Positions 42,171 to 54,124 of a DNA stretch of 64,000 nt are shown in pieces. Location: positions 73,346,001 through 73,410,000 of the forward strand of contig OZ076411.1 of NCBI GenBank assembly GCA_964187785.1, read 5' to 3'. The DNA comes from Amphiscolops sp. MND2022. Taxonomy: Eukaryota. Position 1 is the first letter of the stretch; every line of letters begins with the position of its first letter. Position numbers and translations under genes: made by a program. The notes under the pieces are model-generated. The model had not been told where the DNA came from. It did not search any database and was given only the letters and a program-made list of their open reading frames with translations.

Positions 42171-42999
42171 AATATTCATTCAGATCAAATATTCAAATTT
42201 TTTGAATAAAAGTCGATTTTTTAACATTGAATGGGGCCCTTAGTTGCAAAAAATGACATCTTTTGAAAGCATTTTAGACTTCAAAGGCTGACTTCTGTTC
42301 TTTTTTTTATTATTCTTGATCCTCGCTTTCAAAACAAAAAAAAACATGATTTTTCAAAATATTTACCCTAAACGTCGAGAGTGCTCCGCGAAATTAGAGT
42401 CATTTTCCACTTTTTACAACTACAATTTTCTATCAAGTCTTGCAATAGTTTGCGTGGTTCAAGGTTACGTAAACTTGAACAAAACAAATGCCTGTACACG
42501 AAGTGGGCTCTGGATTGTTCTTCTATCATACCTGTGCACTCTGGGCGGAAACATTTTTATTTTCGTTCAGATCTTGTCTTGACGTAGAGATGATTCTACA
42601 AACTTTTGATCAGACTCCCAGGATCTCCAACAACGTTTCTTCATGAGTTCTTCACAGTACGAAACAAATTAACGTAAAGTATGTACAATTTATGAACAAA
42701 GTATACTTTTTTCAGTTATATATCAGCGACCTGATTTTTTTAAAAAAATTCAGAGTTAGGCGCCAATACTTCACAAGAATTACTTTGTTTGAGAGAGTCC
42801 AAGTCACTTGGTCCTTTAGCTTCTTGCAGGAGTCCATAAGTGGTAAATCGATAGCGTTCACACATTGCAGATCTCCATCAAAGTGGCAAAAAGATTAACA
42901 GGTTGTGTACTAACACAGATGAGCTCAATCTAGAAAAACAGAAATTCATTACCATATGGTCTACTCGTGAAACACAGTTACTGCAATCTGAATTTTAAA

Positions 43000-45900
43000 A
43001 ATTGTCCAAAAATTGGACAAAAATGTCCAAGAGCTAATAAATTGGCCCACAGGTTGCTTTGCAATTTGCGGTAGCCTACGAAGAAGGAATAAATCAGCGT
43101 CGAACACACGAAGGGACAGGTCCAGAAGAGAACCTCAACAAGAGAACTCAAACACGAACCAGTGTTTGTGGTAAATGAGAGACGAAATCAATGCACTTGA
43201 TGCGGATAGGAATTTACACAGTCATCTGGTAAGTTTTAGGCAAAGAATGAGCAATGCAGAAACTCCTGCATAACTGGACAATTTGCATGAATGTGCAGAA
43301 AGGCATGATCTGGCACTTGCAGAGGAAGATGCAGAAATAACAACAGTGCCTCATTGCGACATGTCAGACAGAAGCAAGCGATGAGACGGAAAATGACCTT
43401 GTGGTATTTCATTTAAATGACAACGATAATCAACCTTTTGTAATGAAAGGTAAATGAACAAAGAACCTTTCACAGCAATAATAGACTCAGGTTCATCAAT
43501 CACTATCTTCGCAAAAGCGGATCAACGAAATGTACTCAAAGTAGATGTACTCTTGGCCCCATTGACGCCCCAGATTTAGACATATGTGGTTTATAACAGC
43601 CAACCGTTGAGTACATTAGGATATATAAACGCTGATATACAAGTGGGGAAAAACAATTAGAGAATGCCCTCATCGTCCTAACGCGGAATGGAACCAAATC
43701 TCGGATCCGAAGAGACTGGTTTGCAAAACTGAACTTCCGAGTAGGAACCGCTAGAAAAACGGCGAGTACAACAACATTGTTAGTAACATTAACGAAGTAG
43801 ATAGTGGAAACTGTGAATAACAATTTCTAATACTATTTACTCGGATTTCAAAAATGGACACCAAATAAATATTGGGTTCAAGCAAGAAAAATATCCAAAT
43901 AACTCAACAGAAGGTACGAAGTGTGCCTTCATAACTGCAAGAAAGTGTGGATAAAAAAACCGGTAAGGTGTTGAAATTCGGACACATAATACGAGTAGAA
44001 AAGTTGATAAACGAAGTCGTTATACAGCCAGTGGTGATCACGGTAAAGAAAGGCAAAAGTGTCAAAATAGCTTCAGATTCCAAATCACTCAACAAAGCCA
44101 ACTTCCAGATCATCGGAGGTAGAGCCAGGGTGATCTACGCTTTCAAATCGGGGTCTTACGGATTGACAAAAATGCTGCCAGAGTTCCAAAAGATCCTGGA
44201 CATAATCCTACAGAATATATCAAACACCTTCGCAATCATTGACAAATTGTTGATTATGACAAAGGGCAGAAAGGATAAGCACATGAAGAAGGTCGAGGAG
44301 GTGTTCAGAACAATGGACGAAGCAGGGATCCCATTAAAATTAAGGAAACGTCGGTTTGCACAAACTGAAACCAAATGGCTGGGATTAAATGTATCAGAAA
44401 AAGGAATCAAACAAGAGACGTAAAAGAACTGAGGTCAAAAAAGGGCGCTATAAATCAAATGAATAGTTCATTTCGAACTTAGCACAACTATGCGCACCCT
44501 CACGACCTTTATTGAGCAAAGAAAAATTGTGGGAATGGACGGAGGAACAAAACGAGGCCTCCCAAAAAACTTAAAAAACAACACAAGAACTACCAACGAA
44601 ACAACATATCAAAAAAACTAACCCATGAGACTTGTTTGCGATGCCAGTAGAGACGGACTCGGAGCAGCACTGCAGCAGAAGAGAGAGCAAGGTTAGAGAG
44701 CAGTCCAATTTGCATCACAATTTCTGACAACATTTGAACAAAAATATTGATTATATTAAGTAGAACTTCCAGCAGTAGCCTGGGCAGTGGAAAATTTTGA
44801 ACACCACGTATACGATACAAAATCCAAAGTACTTTCTCAACACAACGCCTTGACAATAATACCAAAAGGAAACAGAGCTAATAATACATTTTCCATCACA
44901 TTTAGCAAGTGGTTAGGTAGGTTACTACCATTCCGCTTCACAGTAAAACACGAGCCAGGGAGAACGCTGAGAATGGATAATTATTTAGCAAGGCGTCCTT
45001 GACAGAGTAATAAAAACAATCAGCTAAAAGCGGAGGGACTTTGGAAAAGCTGCTTTATGGTTTAAAAAAAAACTAAAAATCCTGTTTTAGATGAAGCGGA
45101 TAGAAGTTGTGTGGAGAATCAGCCACTCAGAGGCAAACAGGCCAGTCCAAGCGAACTGATGGGCTAGAGTGAAGTGGCAAGTGCGATCATAGAAAACAAA
45201 AAAGCGTGCCAATGAAGAGTAAAATTGCCTCAATTAATTCAAACGACAGCAACCTTAATTGTAAAAAAGTGGGTCGACTCGGAAAGCAATAACAGCACTA
45301 TTGAACTCGCACCGTTAAAATTTCACATTTTCACTCAATCAATCAAGTAGAGATCCTCCAGAAATTAGGAAAATATACGTTCGCAGCGCTTTTCGAGGGA
45401 TGAATTTATCCAGAAAGTCATAAATCTCATGGAAAAGCCAGATTCTACCTAGATTAGTCTCATTCCGGCATCATGGCGAGTGAAATTTAGATGTTTTAGC
45501 CTGGATAGTAACAATGATTTATACATGAACAATTGATTAGTAGTTCCAAAAGCGCTGCGGCCAATGATATTACGTAGTCTCCACAATAAACACCCGGGCA
45601 GAGACAGAACTCTTGCAACGATCTCAAATGTCTGGTGGCCGCGACTACATCGCGAAGTCGTAGGAATTATTAATAACTGCTCTCAATGCCCGTCAGCTGG
45701 TATCAGCGTGAAACTACTACTAAGACAAAATCAAATAGGGAAAGTTCCTCAATGCGTCGAGAACAATCAGGAAGTGGCCATCGATTTTGCAGGCCAATTT
45801 CAAAATTCTGCTGAAACTAAGAATTGCCTGTTGGTTTTGATAGATAGTTTAACGGATGGCCAGAGGCAAGTTTTTAAGGAAATCAAACAATCAAAAAAGT

Positions 45901-46200
45901 AACTGAGTGTTTGAAGGAATATATAGCTAGACATAGTATTCCCCGTACCATAAGAACGGACCCAGTCACTATTTTAGAACAGCATGAATTTCAAAGAATT
46001 TTGTAAGAAGAGACTCAAAAAACACGTAGAATGTCCTATTAGGGACCAAAAAGAAAGCCGTGAAATAGAAAGGTTAATCCGGACAATCGATGAAGGGATT
46101 GAGAGCCAATGAGAAAATGGTAATCTAAAAAGATACTTCAGGGCTATCACAATTACTATTTGCGCTCTGAATGAACCCGGAAGGCTGACAAAAAAACAAT
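43000..46200 (+). mobile_element. Degenerate Gypsy gag-pol remnant, related to but distinct from the 1880-4790 element, approximate bounds
   Basis: Protease IIDSGSSITIF (~43478); RT QPVVITVKKGKSVKIA (ORF 43947-44423); integrase zinc finger and core LHNKHPGRD...WWPRLHREV...CSQC...VAIDFAG (ORF 45564-45902). Confidence 0.9.
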
Positions 46201-47340
46201 CTTGTGCTCAATCTAGAAAAACAGAAACTCGATCCCATATGGTGTATTTGTGAAATACAGTTACTTCAAACGGAACTGTTTTCATCAGAGTTCACACAGT
46301 TACACTACAACTATAACACTATAGAAAGTACATGTTACATTATACAGAAAGTGGTCACAGGACTCCCTCTTCCAGAACAATTTTTCACGCATCTCCTCGT
46401 GAAATTCCAGGTGGCGAAAAGTCACAACGACCTGGATTAAACATCTCAGAAATACAAATGTTGATCTTGTATATCCCGGTGGAATTGCTCATTCAATGTA
46501 TTTCTTCATATATTACTCTACCGTACAAATATTTATTCTTTTAGGTAGGACGCCAATATTTGTTGGCGATGATTTGGACTAAACGAATTAAATAACACAT
46601 TATACATACAATCTATTAGTTAATTTTTTTACGTAAACACCGAGTTTCTTCCTCCTGTTCCACAGCTTCTTATGGGTCTCAAGTTCACACCACAGTCCGG
46701 TAATGCTCAGTCCACTCCTTGCATAATAAGCTGGGGTCTTTAGATAAAAAGTGGCAGATAACACAATTCGAGCGGACATTTTTACATTCTGAGGTGAACT
46801 TGTTTTTACTTGTTGATTTTGCACGTCACATCATCATAACAAACGTCGTGATCATCATCTTCTTCAATCAGCCTTCATCACTTGTAGAGTCGTCGCGATG
46901 ATTCCTAAGAACTTTAGAATGGTCCCAGATTTTCCGACAGCCTTTCATCAGTTCTTCAGTCAGTTTGGGTTGAGTATCTTTACGTTAATTCGAAGCTACG
47001 CCTGTTAAAAAAGTGAGACGTAGATTCTTCTTCATACATGCATGCACACACCGGAATAAAACATCTGCCGATTTGCTACTGAAAATTGCCAAGTCTATAT
47101 TGGGTATAAATTGCTCACCAAGACGAGTGTTTACTTTGTTCAGATGTTTGCCGAATTCATTGGCGTCCATCTAAAAAAAGGTAGAAAAAAGTCAAGTTAT
47201 TAAATCTATCCTTCCGTCTCCGGTATATTAATCCTTTCTAGGAGTCCTGGAAGTATGTTAGAGAATTGAACACTGTTAGATCTGCTGCCAATCTTCGAAC
47301 AACCGATTTGCTGTTCACTAAAGATTTCAAACTTGGTCAT

Positions 47341-47464
47341 TGTAAAAGAAAATTGGAAATTTCTTACTTCAAATGGGGTTCGAAACTCTTGACGTTGATG
47401 AATCACATTATTCAAACTTTGACAATAATGACACGAGACAAATTATACACAGATTTCGATTACA
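47341..47464 (-). repeat. BEL/Pao 3' LTR (124 bp)
   Basis: Begins TGTAA and ends TTACA. Aligns with 52935-53064 at roughly 80-85% by eye. Confidence 0.8.
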
Positions 47465-50400
47465 CTCCAGAGGACATAACTGGTGGAAACTCTTAACACT
47501 TTCGCCAGACTTGGTTTTGACTTTGCGTTTTCAAACAATGTTGTCCGACCCTGGATAAACTTCTGTCACAAGACCCAAAGGCCATAGTCCTCTAGGCGAG
47601 TTGTTCTCAAAAATCAACACCACTTGACCACACTTAATTGCATCTTTGGTGGTATGCCACTTTGATTGGGACCTCAGTGTCGGCAAATACTCTTTCAAGA
47701 GTCTTGTCAAGAATTGAGTGGCAATAGACTTGCACTGTCTATTCAGTTGAATGAGTCTATCGGTGTGTTTGTTCGCGTAGAATGTTGTCGTTGCCAAGTT
47801 GCTGCGTTGTGGGATGATGGAATTGTTGGGTGTGAAACATTCAATGTCGTTGCTATCTGCTGAAGTTTTTTGTCAGGGGTCGGCTATTCATAACCCCTTC
47901 CACTTGACAAATGAACGTATTGAATGACTGTTGGGTCCAATTGTGGGTTCCAGACCTTGAGTAGAGGATTTTCTTTGCTATTCTGATTAGTCGTTTCGAA
48001 GTTCCTCCTTGATGTGGAGTTCCAGGTGGTATAAACTTCCAATCAGTTTGCTGGGATCCTAGTTGTTCTTCTATCTTTCGAAGATCCAAAGTTTTGGCTG
48101 CTGCGTGGAATCTACTTGCGTTGTCACATGTTATACTCGTTGGTTTTCCTCGTCTGTTCGTGAATCTACTGATTGACAGTAAGCATGAGTCCACTGTGAG
48201 GTCTTCCACAGCTTCGAAGTCTACTGCTCTTGTTTTCAAAAAGGTGAAAATGCAGACTTATTGGTTGTTGCGTTGAATTTTTTGATATACAGGCAAAGGT
48301 CAAAGATAGTCGATTCCAATGTCTTCGAAAGCTGCTGGCGTTTTCGCGAATATAAATTCTGGCAGGATACTCATTTTGGGTTGACTAGGTAGTTGGCGGT
48401 TGTAGATGAAACAATTGTAGATTATTTGTGTCAGTGTGGTTGTCAAATGCGTTATCCAGTGTTCTTGTTGCATTGTTACTTTCATGTGTTCTAGTCCACC
48501 GTGTCCTTCATCTTCGTGTAGGTGCTGTATGTAGAGTCGTATGATGTAGTGCTTGGCATCCATGACTTGAGGGTTTTTATTCGAACGTTGATTGGGTCTT
48601 TTTGATGCCGGCTGAGTTATCGAAGTGTTCTTTGCTGATCAAAATATTGGTTTAAGTTGACAAGTTTGCTGCCTGCTTCAATGGCTGGCTTGTGTTCTTT
48701 AGATGTCCTTGATGTCTTCCGGAAAGAGTTCGTTTTGTGTGACTCCAAAAAGATTGTCTTTACTCCGTTGATAGCGTTCTTTCACTGTGTATAGTCGTCG
48801 TTTGGCAAGATTCAGTGTCTTCAGAATGTAGAAGTGGTTCGAAACAGTCTTTTCCACGATGAGAACCGTTTGTAGTCCACGAAGGTGTGCGGTGTATTGC
48901 AGATTAGGCAGTAGGTTTGTATGTCTTCTGTTTCTGTTGTCGGCATATTCTCTACGGTGTTGGGTGTGGTTTCTGCGATAACTCGCGGCCAAAAATGTGA
49001 AGGCAACTTGGGAAAAGCTGGTACAATCAACCATTGCAAGTGTTTGAGTTCTGTTGTCTTGATTCCTCAGGGTTCTTCGTCGGCTGGATTGTGTTTCGTA
49101 GGTACGTATTTCCAGTCATCTACAGCTGTAGCGTGTCGTGTTTCGTGTAGTCGGTTGGCAATAAACGTTTTTTGTCGGTTTTTAGTGTTGTATATCCAAT
49201 GTAGCTCAGTGTTTGATCTTTGAGGTCGGCAGGGTTGCGTTTTCAATGAATGCTCTTTGTTGTCGGCTTGCGTGTAATGCTGCTTGCAGTTCCACTTTCG
49301 GGATGGTCCGAGGTTTCAATGGGGCGACTCCGGTTTTTCCCATGACGAGTTTCGTACGGTAGGCTGTTTTGTCTGCGAAATGGATGAAAATGACTGTGGC
49401 GAGAACTTGAGTTGAGGCATTCATCGCAGAAGACATGGAGACATGTAATTCTATTGACTGAGCGGTTGGCAAATTGTAATATTGAGGAGTTTGTATTTCA
49501 TCATTCGAATTTGATGAATTAGTGGTCCAATCCTTGACGAATTGTTGAAGGTCTTCGGGTAGATCTTCGTCCCATTGTTGTCTATTTTGCCATTTCTCTT
49601 GTAATTTTATCTTCATGACAATTGTGACAGGTGCTGTTATTCTCAGTGTGTCAAAAAGTCGTTAAAAAAGTCCTAAAAGTTTGCGTTGAGTCAATCTCTG
49701 GAGGATGTCAGGGTTGTGTTTTTTTATCTGAGCTGCAAACATGTCGGTGAGTTGGAACAAAGAAACTCCCAGTACCTTATGTCTGTTGTTTTTTTGTGAA
49801 GATTTCGTCTTTCGCGTTCGTTACAAGTCTTTCATCTAGTTCATTGCAGATTGTTCGGGAAATGCTAATCAACTTGATGAGGTTGAAGGAGTGATTTCCT
49901 AAACTTTGTCATAGTTATTGATGTAGTTGTAGTGTTTCTTCACTCGATCCAACGGATTTTACAACGTCGATCATCGAGAGTCGGTTGTGACTATTTCGAG
50001 AATATCTGGGTAGTTCTCAGCGTTGCCTCTGGCTGCTTGTTGTAAAGCGTAGATTGCTCAAGCGGTTGAATCTCTTGGACGAAATAGGTGTCTTTGGTAC
50101 CCGAATTCGTTTGGTGGTTTGTTGAAGTCTTCGTTCCACAAAAATCGCAAAAACTTGCGATCTTTTTTTTGGACTCCAACTTGCATAAAAAACCTTCTAT
50201 GTCGGCGGTGATGAAGATTGGTTGCTTGGGACTCCGTAGTATGATTCCTACTAGGTTTTTCAGTAGGACAGTTCCAGGTAGTAGATGATCGTTGAGGCAA
50301 TCTGCATTGAAGAAAGCTGCGTCGTTGGCGATGCGGCGAATCTTTCCCGGTTTCGTTGGGCTGACTATTCTTTAGTGTTATAGAAACCACTTGGTGTTGT

Positions 50401-52934
50401 CTTCTCCTCGTTTTTTGTTCATTTCCTTGATGTATCTTTTGTCCAAATTTTTCTATAATTTTTTTCCGTAGAGATGTGCTAGATCGTAACCTTCTTTGAT
50501 TTTCCTCTGTTAAGTCACCAACTGGTTTTCGGCGTAGATGCGATTGTTTGGCAGTTCTACTGTTTATTTCCAAAGAAGTCCTGTTTCGTATCGTCCGTCA
50601 ACTGTTTTCCAGCAATTGTCCACCAGTTTTCTGAGTGCATTCTCGTGGTCGTTATTCGTTGGGTCTTCGGTTGGTGCTCTGGCACCAAATGTTTCCACGT
50701 TTCCCCACGTTATGACGTCTTCAAAAAGTTGTTGGTCATGACTTTCTCACTGGTTTGGCAAAAGTAGACATCGTTCGTTGGTGTAGAATTCTGATTCTGT
50801 ACTGCGACTGTCCATCCAAGGCAATGGGTTGGTCAGGGTTTCCTTCTCGAATTTCTCTAGCAATGATGAGAGCATACATGTCACAAATAAGTAGTGCTCC
50901 TACGTTCAGGTTGTTGAGCTGTGGAATTTGGATGTCTTTGAGATGTCTATATTTGTCGGTTATCTGTTTGGGATGTCCTTTAGCTGTTGGCACTTGATCG
51001 TTGTCGACTATGTAGACGTTTCTCGTTTTATGTTTTTCTGTTTTGATATCAGATAGTTGTAGATCAACTACGCTACTGTTGATTGTCTCTGTTGCGTTGA
51101 ATCCTTGAATCTTCAGTGTCGTTGTTGTCTTCATGGTGATTTTCAGGTTCTCGGCTATGTTTTTGTGAGAAAACTTGACGTACGTCCACTGTCAAGTAGT
51201 GCATTTACGGCTGTAAAGCAAGGTTGATTGTGCAGGTTGACTGGTAGAGTCTACAAAGTGGCTGCTGGTTGATATGTTTGTATTCTGCTGTTTTCGGCAT
51301 CTGTGTCCTTTTGAAGACGGCAGTTGTTGGTCGTTTCCTTCTGTGTCAGGTGAACTGATTCGCTGTTTTCGCTGTGGCTCGGGCTTTTGTTATTAGATGC
51401 TTCCGGTGGCTGGTTTCTGTTGACTGTTTTGAATCCTTGACTCCCGGTGAGACGTGATGAGTTCCCGGCTATTTGGAAATCTCAATGAAGTGTTGTGTTG
51501 TTTATTGCAGCTGCAATAGTGGCAATTCTTCTTTGAGGGGCAGTTGGCGATGCGGTGGTCTTTGTTCGGGCAGTTAGAACAGGGACCACCGTTTCTTGTA
51601 GTCATCTGTGTTTCTTCAGGGCTATGTGCGATGAAATATGGGCACTTGAAAAATTGGTGTCGTCCATCTCCTAGAAGGCAAGTTGCGGAATGATTTGTTG
51701 ATCCTTTGCTCTTCGCTGTTGCATGTCTGTGTTGTGAATGACTGTAGTGTATGTAGTTGTTGATTATCACCGTCTTCTATTACCTCGTATGCTTCTGCTA
51801 TCCGTTTCAACCAGTTGCAGAAGGTAATCAGATTTGATCGGTTGATGTGGCGGTTGACGATGTGTTGTTGCCATCGTATAAGAACTGTGGTGGGTATTTT
51901 CTTTATGGCATGTCGAAAGTTGGTTGTTGATTCCAGGTCAGCAGTGTGTCCTAAGTGTTGCAGGTTTCGGATAATTCCTTTGATGAATGTTGTGTAGTTG
52001 ATGTACAAATCAGGGTGACCAGTGATTGGTGGTTGGTGGTCCAAGAATTGTTGTACGTACGCAATAACAATTGTTGTTGATTTTCCAAACTTTCTTTCGA
52101 GTTCTTGCGGGGCATCAATGAAGAATTGTCCGTTGCCGTGGAAATGATGAATGGCATCTTTTGTTTTTCCTGTTTCTAATCCGTGTATATACGCGATCTT
52201 CCGGTTGTTGCTGATTGGCGTGTTGCCTATCATGAAGTCGAAGTGAGGGTACCCAGTGTAGGGTTCAATGTTCGTGTTTTGCAATGTGTTCAAGTAGGGT
52301 CCAAATGTCAAGTCATATGGTATTCCATAGTGATCTGCTGTGGCAGTTGTAGCTGTATGGACTGCAAATGCAGCTGGCTGTGACCCTTATCAATCCTCTT
52401 GGTTGTCTGCTGCATTTGCTTGATGCTTCTCGATGCTTTCTGGGGTTGAGCTGATGTTGTCCAGTTGGGTCTTTTGACGTCTGCGATCTTCTTCATCCTT
52501 TGTTGCGTCCAAACTGACATTGGCTGCACGTCCTGTTTGAGTGTTAGCTACGTCGAGTTGTGGGTTAGCTGTCATGGTTTGAGAAATGGACGCTGGCGTT
52601 ATGTTTACCTGTGTTTCGCTGATATGCATACTTTTCTGGGAGAGCTCATCAACTTGTAGATGAAACTTGTCGATGAGTTCGGTTTGTTCTTCTCCAGAGG
52701 TTTCGTCAGTTGCTTCATAAGTTCTCTCTTCTATGTCTTCAAGTCTTTGTTGTACAGTGTTTGTGTAATGGTTAATGGCAATAAAGTTAGGGTATTCTGA
52801 CTCTATTTCTTGGGGAAAACTGGTTAACGCTGACGTCATTTCATTTTTTGCAATCTGAAGTTTTGCCTTTATTGTGGCGATTGACTTTTTCGGGTGCATG
52901 TTCATTGAAAATCGTCAGAAGGGTTACCAAAAAT

Positions 52935-53064
52935 TGTAGAAGAAAATTGTAATTGTCTTACTTTAAATGGGGTCGAAACTCTCGATGTTGATGAATCATT
53001 TTATTCAAACTTTGACAATAACTAATAATCGCACGTGACAAATCATTCACAGATTTCCATCACA
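52935..53064 (-). repeat. BEL/Pao 5' LTR (130 bp)
   Basis: Homologous to 47341-47464 and adjacent to the PBS-like sequence at ~52921-52929. Confidence 0.8.
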
Positions 53065-53629
53065 GTTATTGGGGTTGCTGTCGTTAGTTGCTGTAAAATT
53101 TGGCTCGATCTGACTTTATTTGAATGTCAATGGGTGCAGCAGTTAAAATACCTTTCAGTAGTTCTTTTTTGAATTTTTGAATGTCGACAGTGTAACTGTT
53201 TCTGACCACTGATTCGGATATTTGAACTTAACACGATCATTCCAAATAAATGCTAAATACGTCCTTTCCGAGATCACTGTGTTCGGGTTTTGGGTAATTT
53301 ATCAGGAAAATCCGTTTGATGCTTTCAAAAATTTGCAACGCTTTGTTGGTTGCAAAAGAAAACTGCCTTCAAAAAGTCAATTTGTCATTTAATGATCTCC
53401 TAGAACATTGGCCGACGCCTCAAAGTCCACCTCATCTCCAAATTTCGAAATACGGTGGAATTATATATATAGTGCAGAGCAGACTTGAGTTTTTCTGCTT
53501 CAGAACTTTCGTCTTCCCTTTACAGCACAGTAGGGAATGATAAAGACTTTCAAACCAACCATTTGCCTTTTCATGCCAAAAACAGGTACAAAAATGTTCT
53601 TCACTACTCTATTTAACTTCGTCCAGGCG

Positions 53630-54110
53630 TTGCGAAAGCTCCACGAAACATAGAGTGGATTTCCTATTCTCCCAATTACAGCTTTCCAATAATTCCTCCA
53701 ATTTCTTGGGTGGTTAACGGCGGCGTAGATTTGAATAAAAAGGACATCGGAAAAAGAAATAAGCCGTTGTTTTTCTCTTCAATCAGACATGTGCACACTG
53801 GTGAGAAACATCTTCCTATTAGAAATTCGAAATAACCTAGATTGCTATGCTCTGTGAATAGTTGCACCATTCGTCTAGTTTGAGCTTTACTGAAATGCTT
53901 GGGTTACACTCCTTCAATTTTGGCTTTTAATCCAGTATTTCCAGACAAATTTAAGTTTTTAATTCGGTCATTCCATCTTCTGTTCTAGTCACGATAGAAT
54001 TTCAGAATCGTTGGATTTTGTCATGAGGTCCATGAGAGGTCTTTTTTCGTAGTGCTATCATAAACAATTTGTGGGACCTCCGTATCTGTGAGATTCTTTA
54101 TTAGGACAAA
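53630..54110 (-). pseudogene. 3' end fragment of another LINE (C-terminal zinc-knuckle region)
   Basis: VQLFTEHSNLGYFEFLIGRCFSPVCTC, then after a frameshift FFFRCPFYSNLR. Resembles the C-terminal CCHC region of I/Jockey-group ORF2. Confidence 0.6.
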
Positions 54111-54124
54111 ACAAAAATTCTAAT

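Larger units (their letters stand above)
47341..53064 (-). mobile_element. Full-length but dead BEL/Pao LTR retrotransposon (~5.7 kb)
   Basis: TG...CA LTRs at 47341-47464 and 52935-53064. TSD GTCAT/GTTAT (1 mismatch). PBS-like TGGTAACCC next to the 5' LTR. Three Gag Cys knuckles (ORF 51393-51770); RNase H-region KTGVAPLKPRTIPKVELQAA; integrase HEDEGHGG, GIDYL, SITCDNAS, PPGTPHQGG; GLWPLGLVTEVYPGSD. The YxDD position reads YINN. Many frameshifts. Confidence 0.93.

Noticed and set aside
42923-46269. ~64-bp diverged direct repeat (42923-42986 and 46206-46269) as LTRs of the plus-strand Gypsy element
   Set aside because: Too short, with no TG...CA ends, TSD or PPT. LTR remnants remain possible but are unsupported.
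1-53300. Uni-strand piRNA-cluster-like orientation bias
   Set aside because: Many fragments are on the minus strand, but two Gypsy families, the hAT remnant and the RLE fragment are on plus, and the duplications inflate the counts. Small-RNA data would be needed.
71-53870. The many 60-230 aa ORFs in the track as host genes
   Set aside because: They are antisense or off-frame readings, or broken pieces of TE genes, and they recur only because of the duplications.
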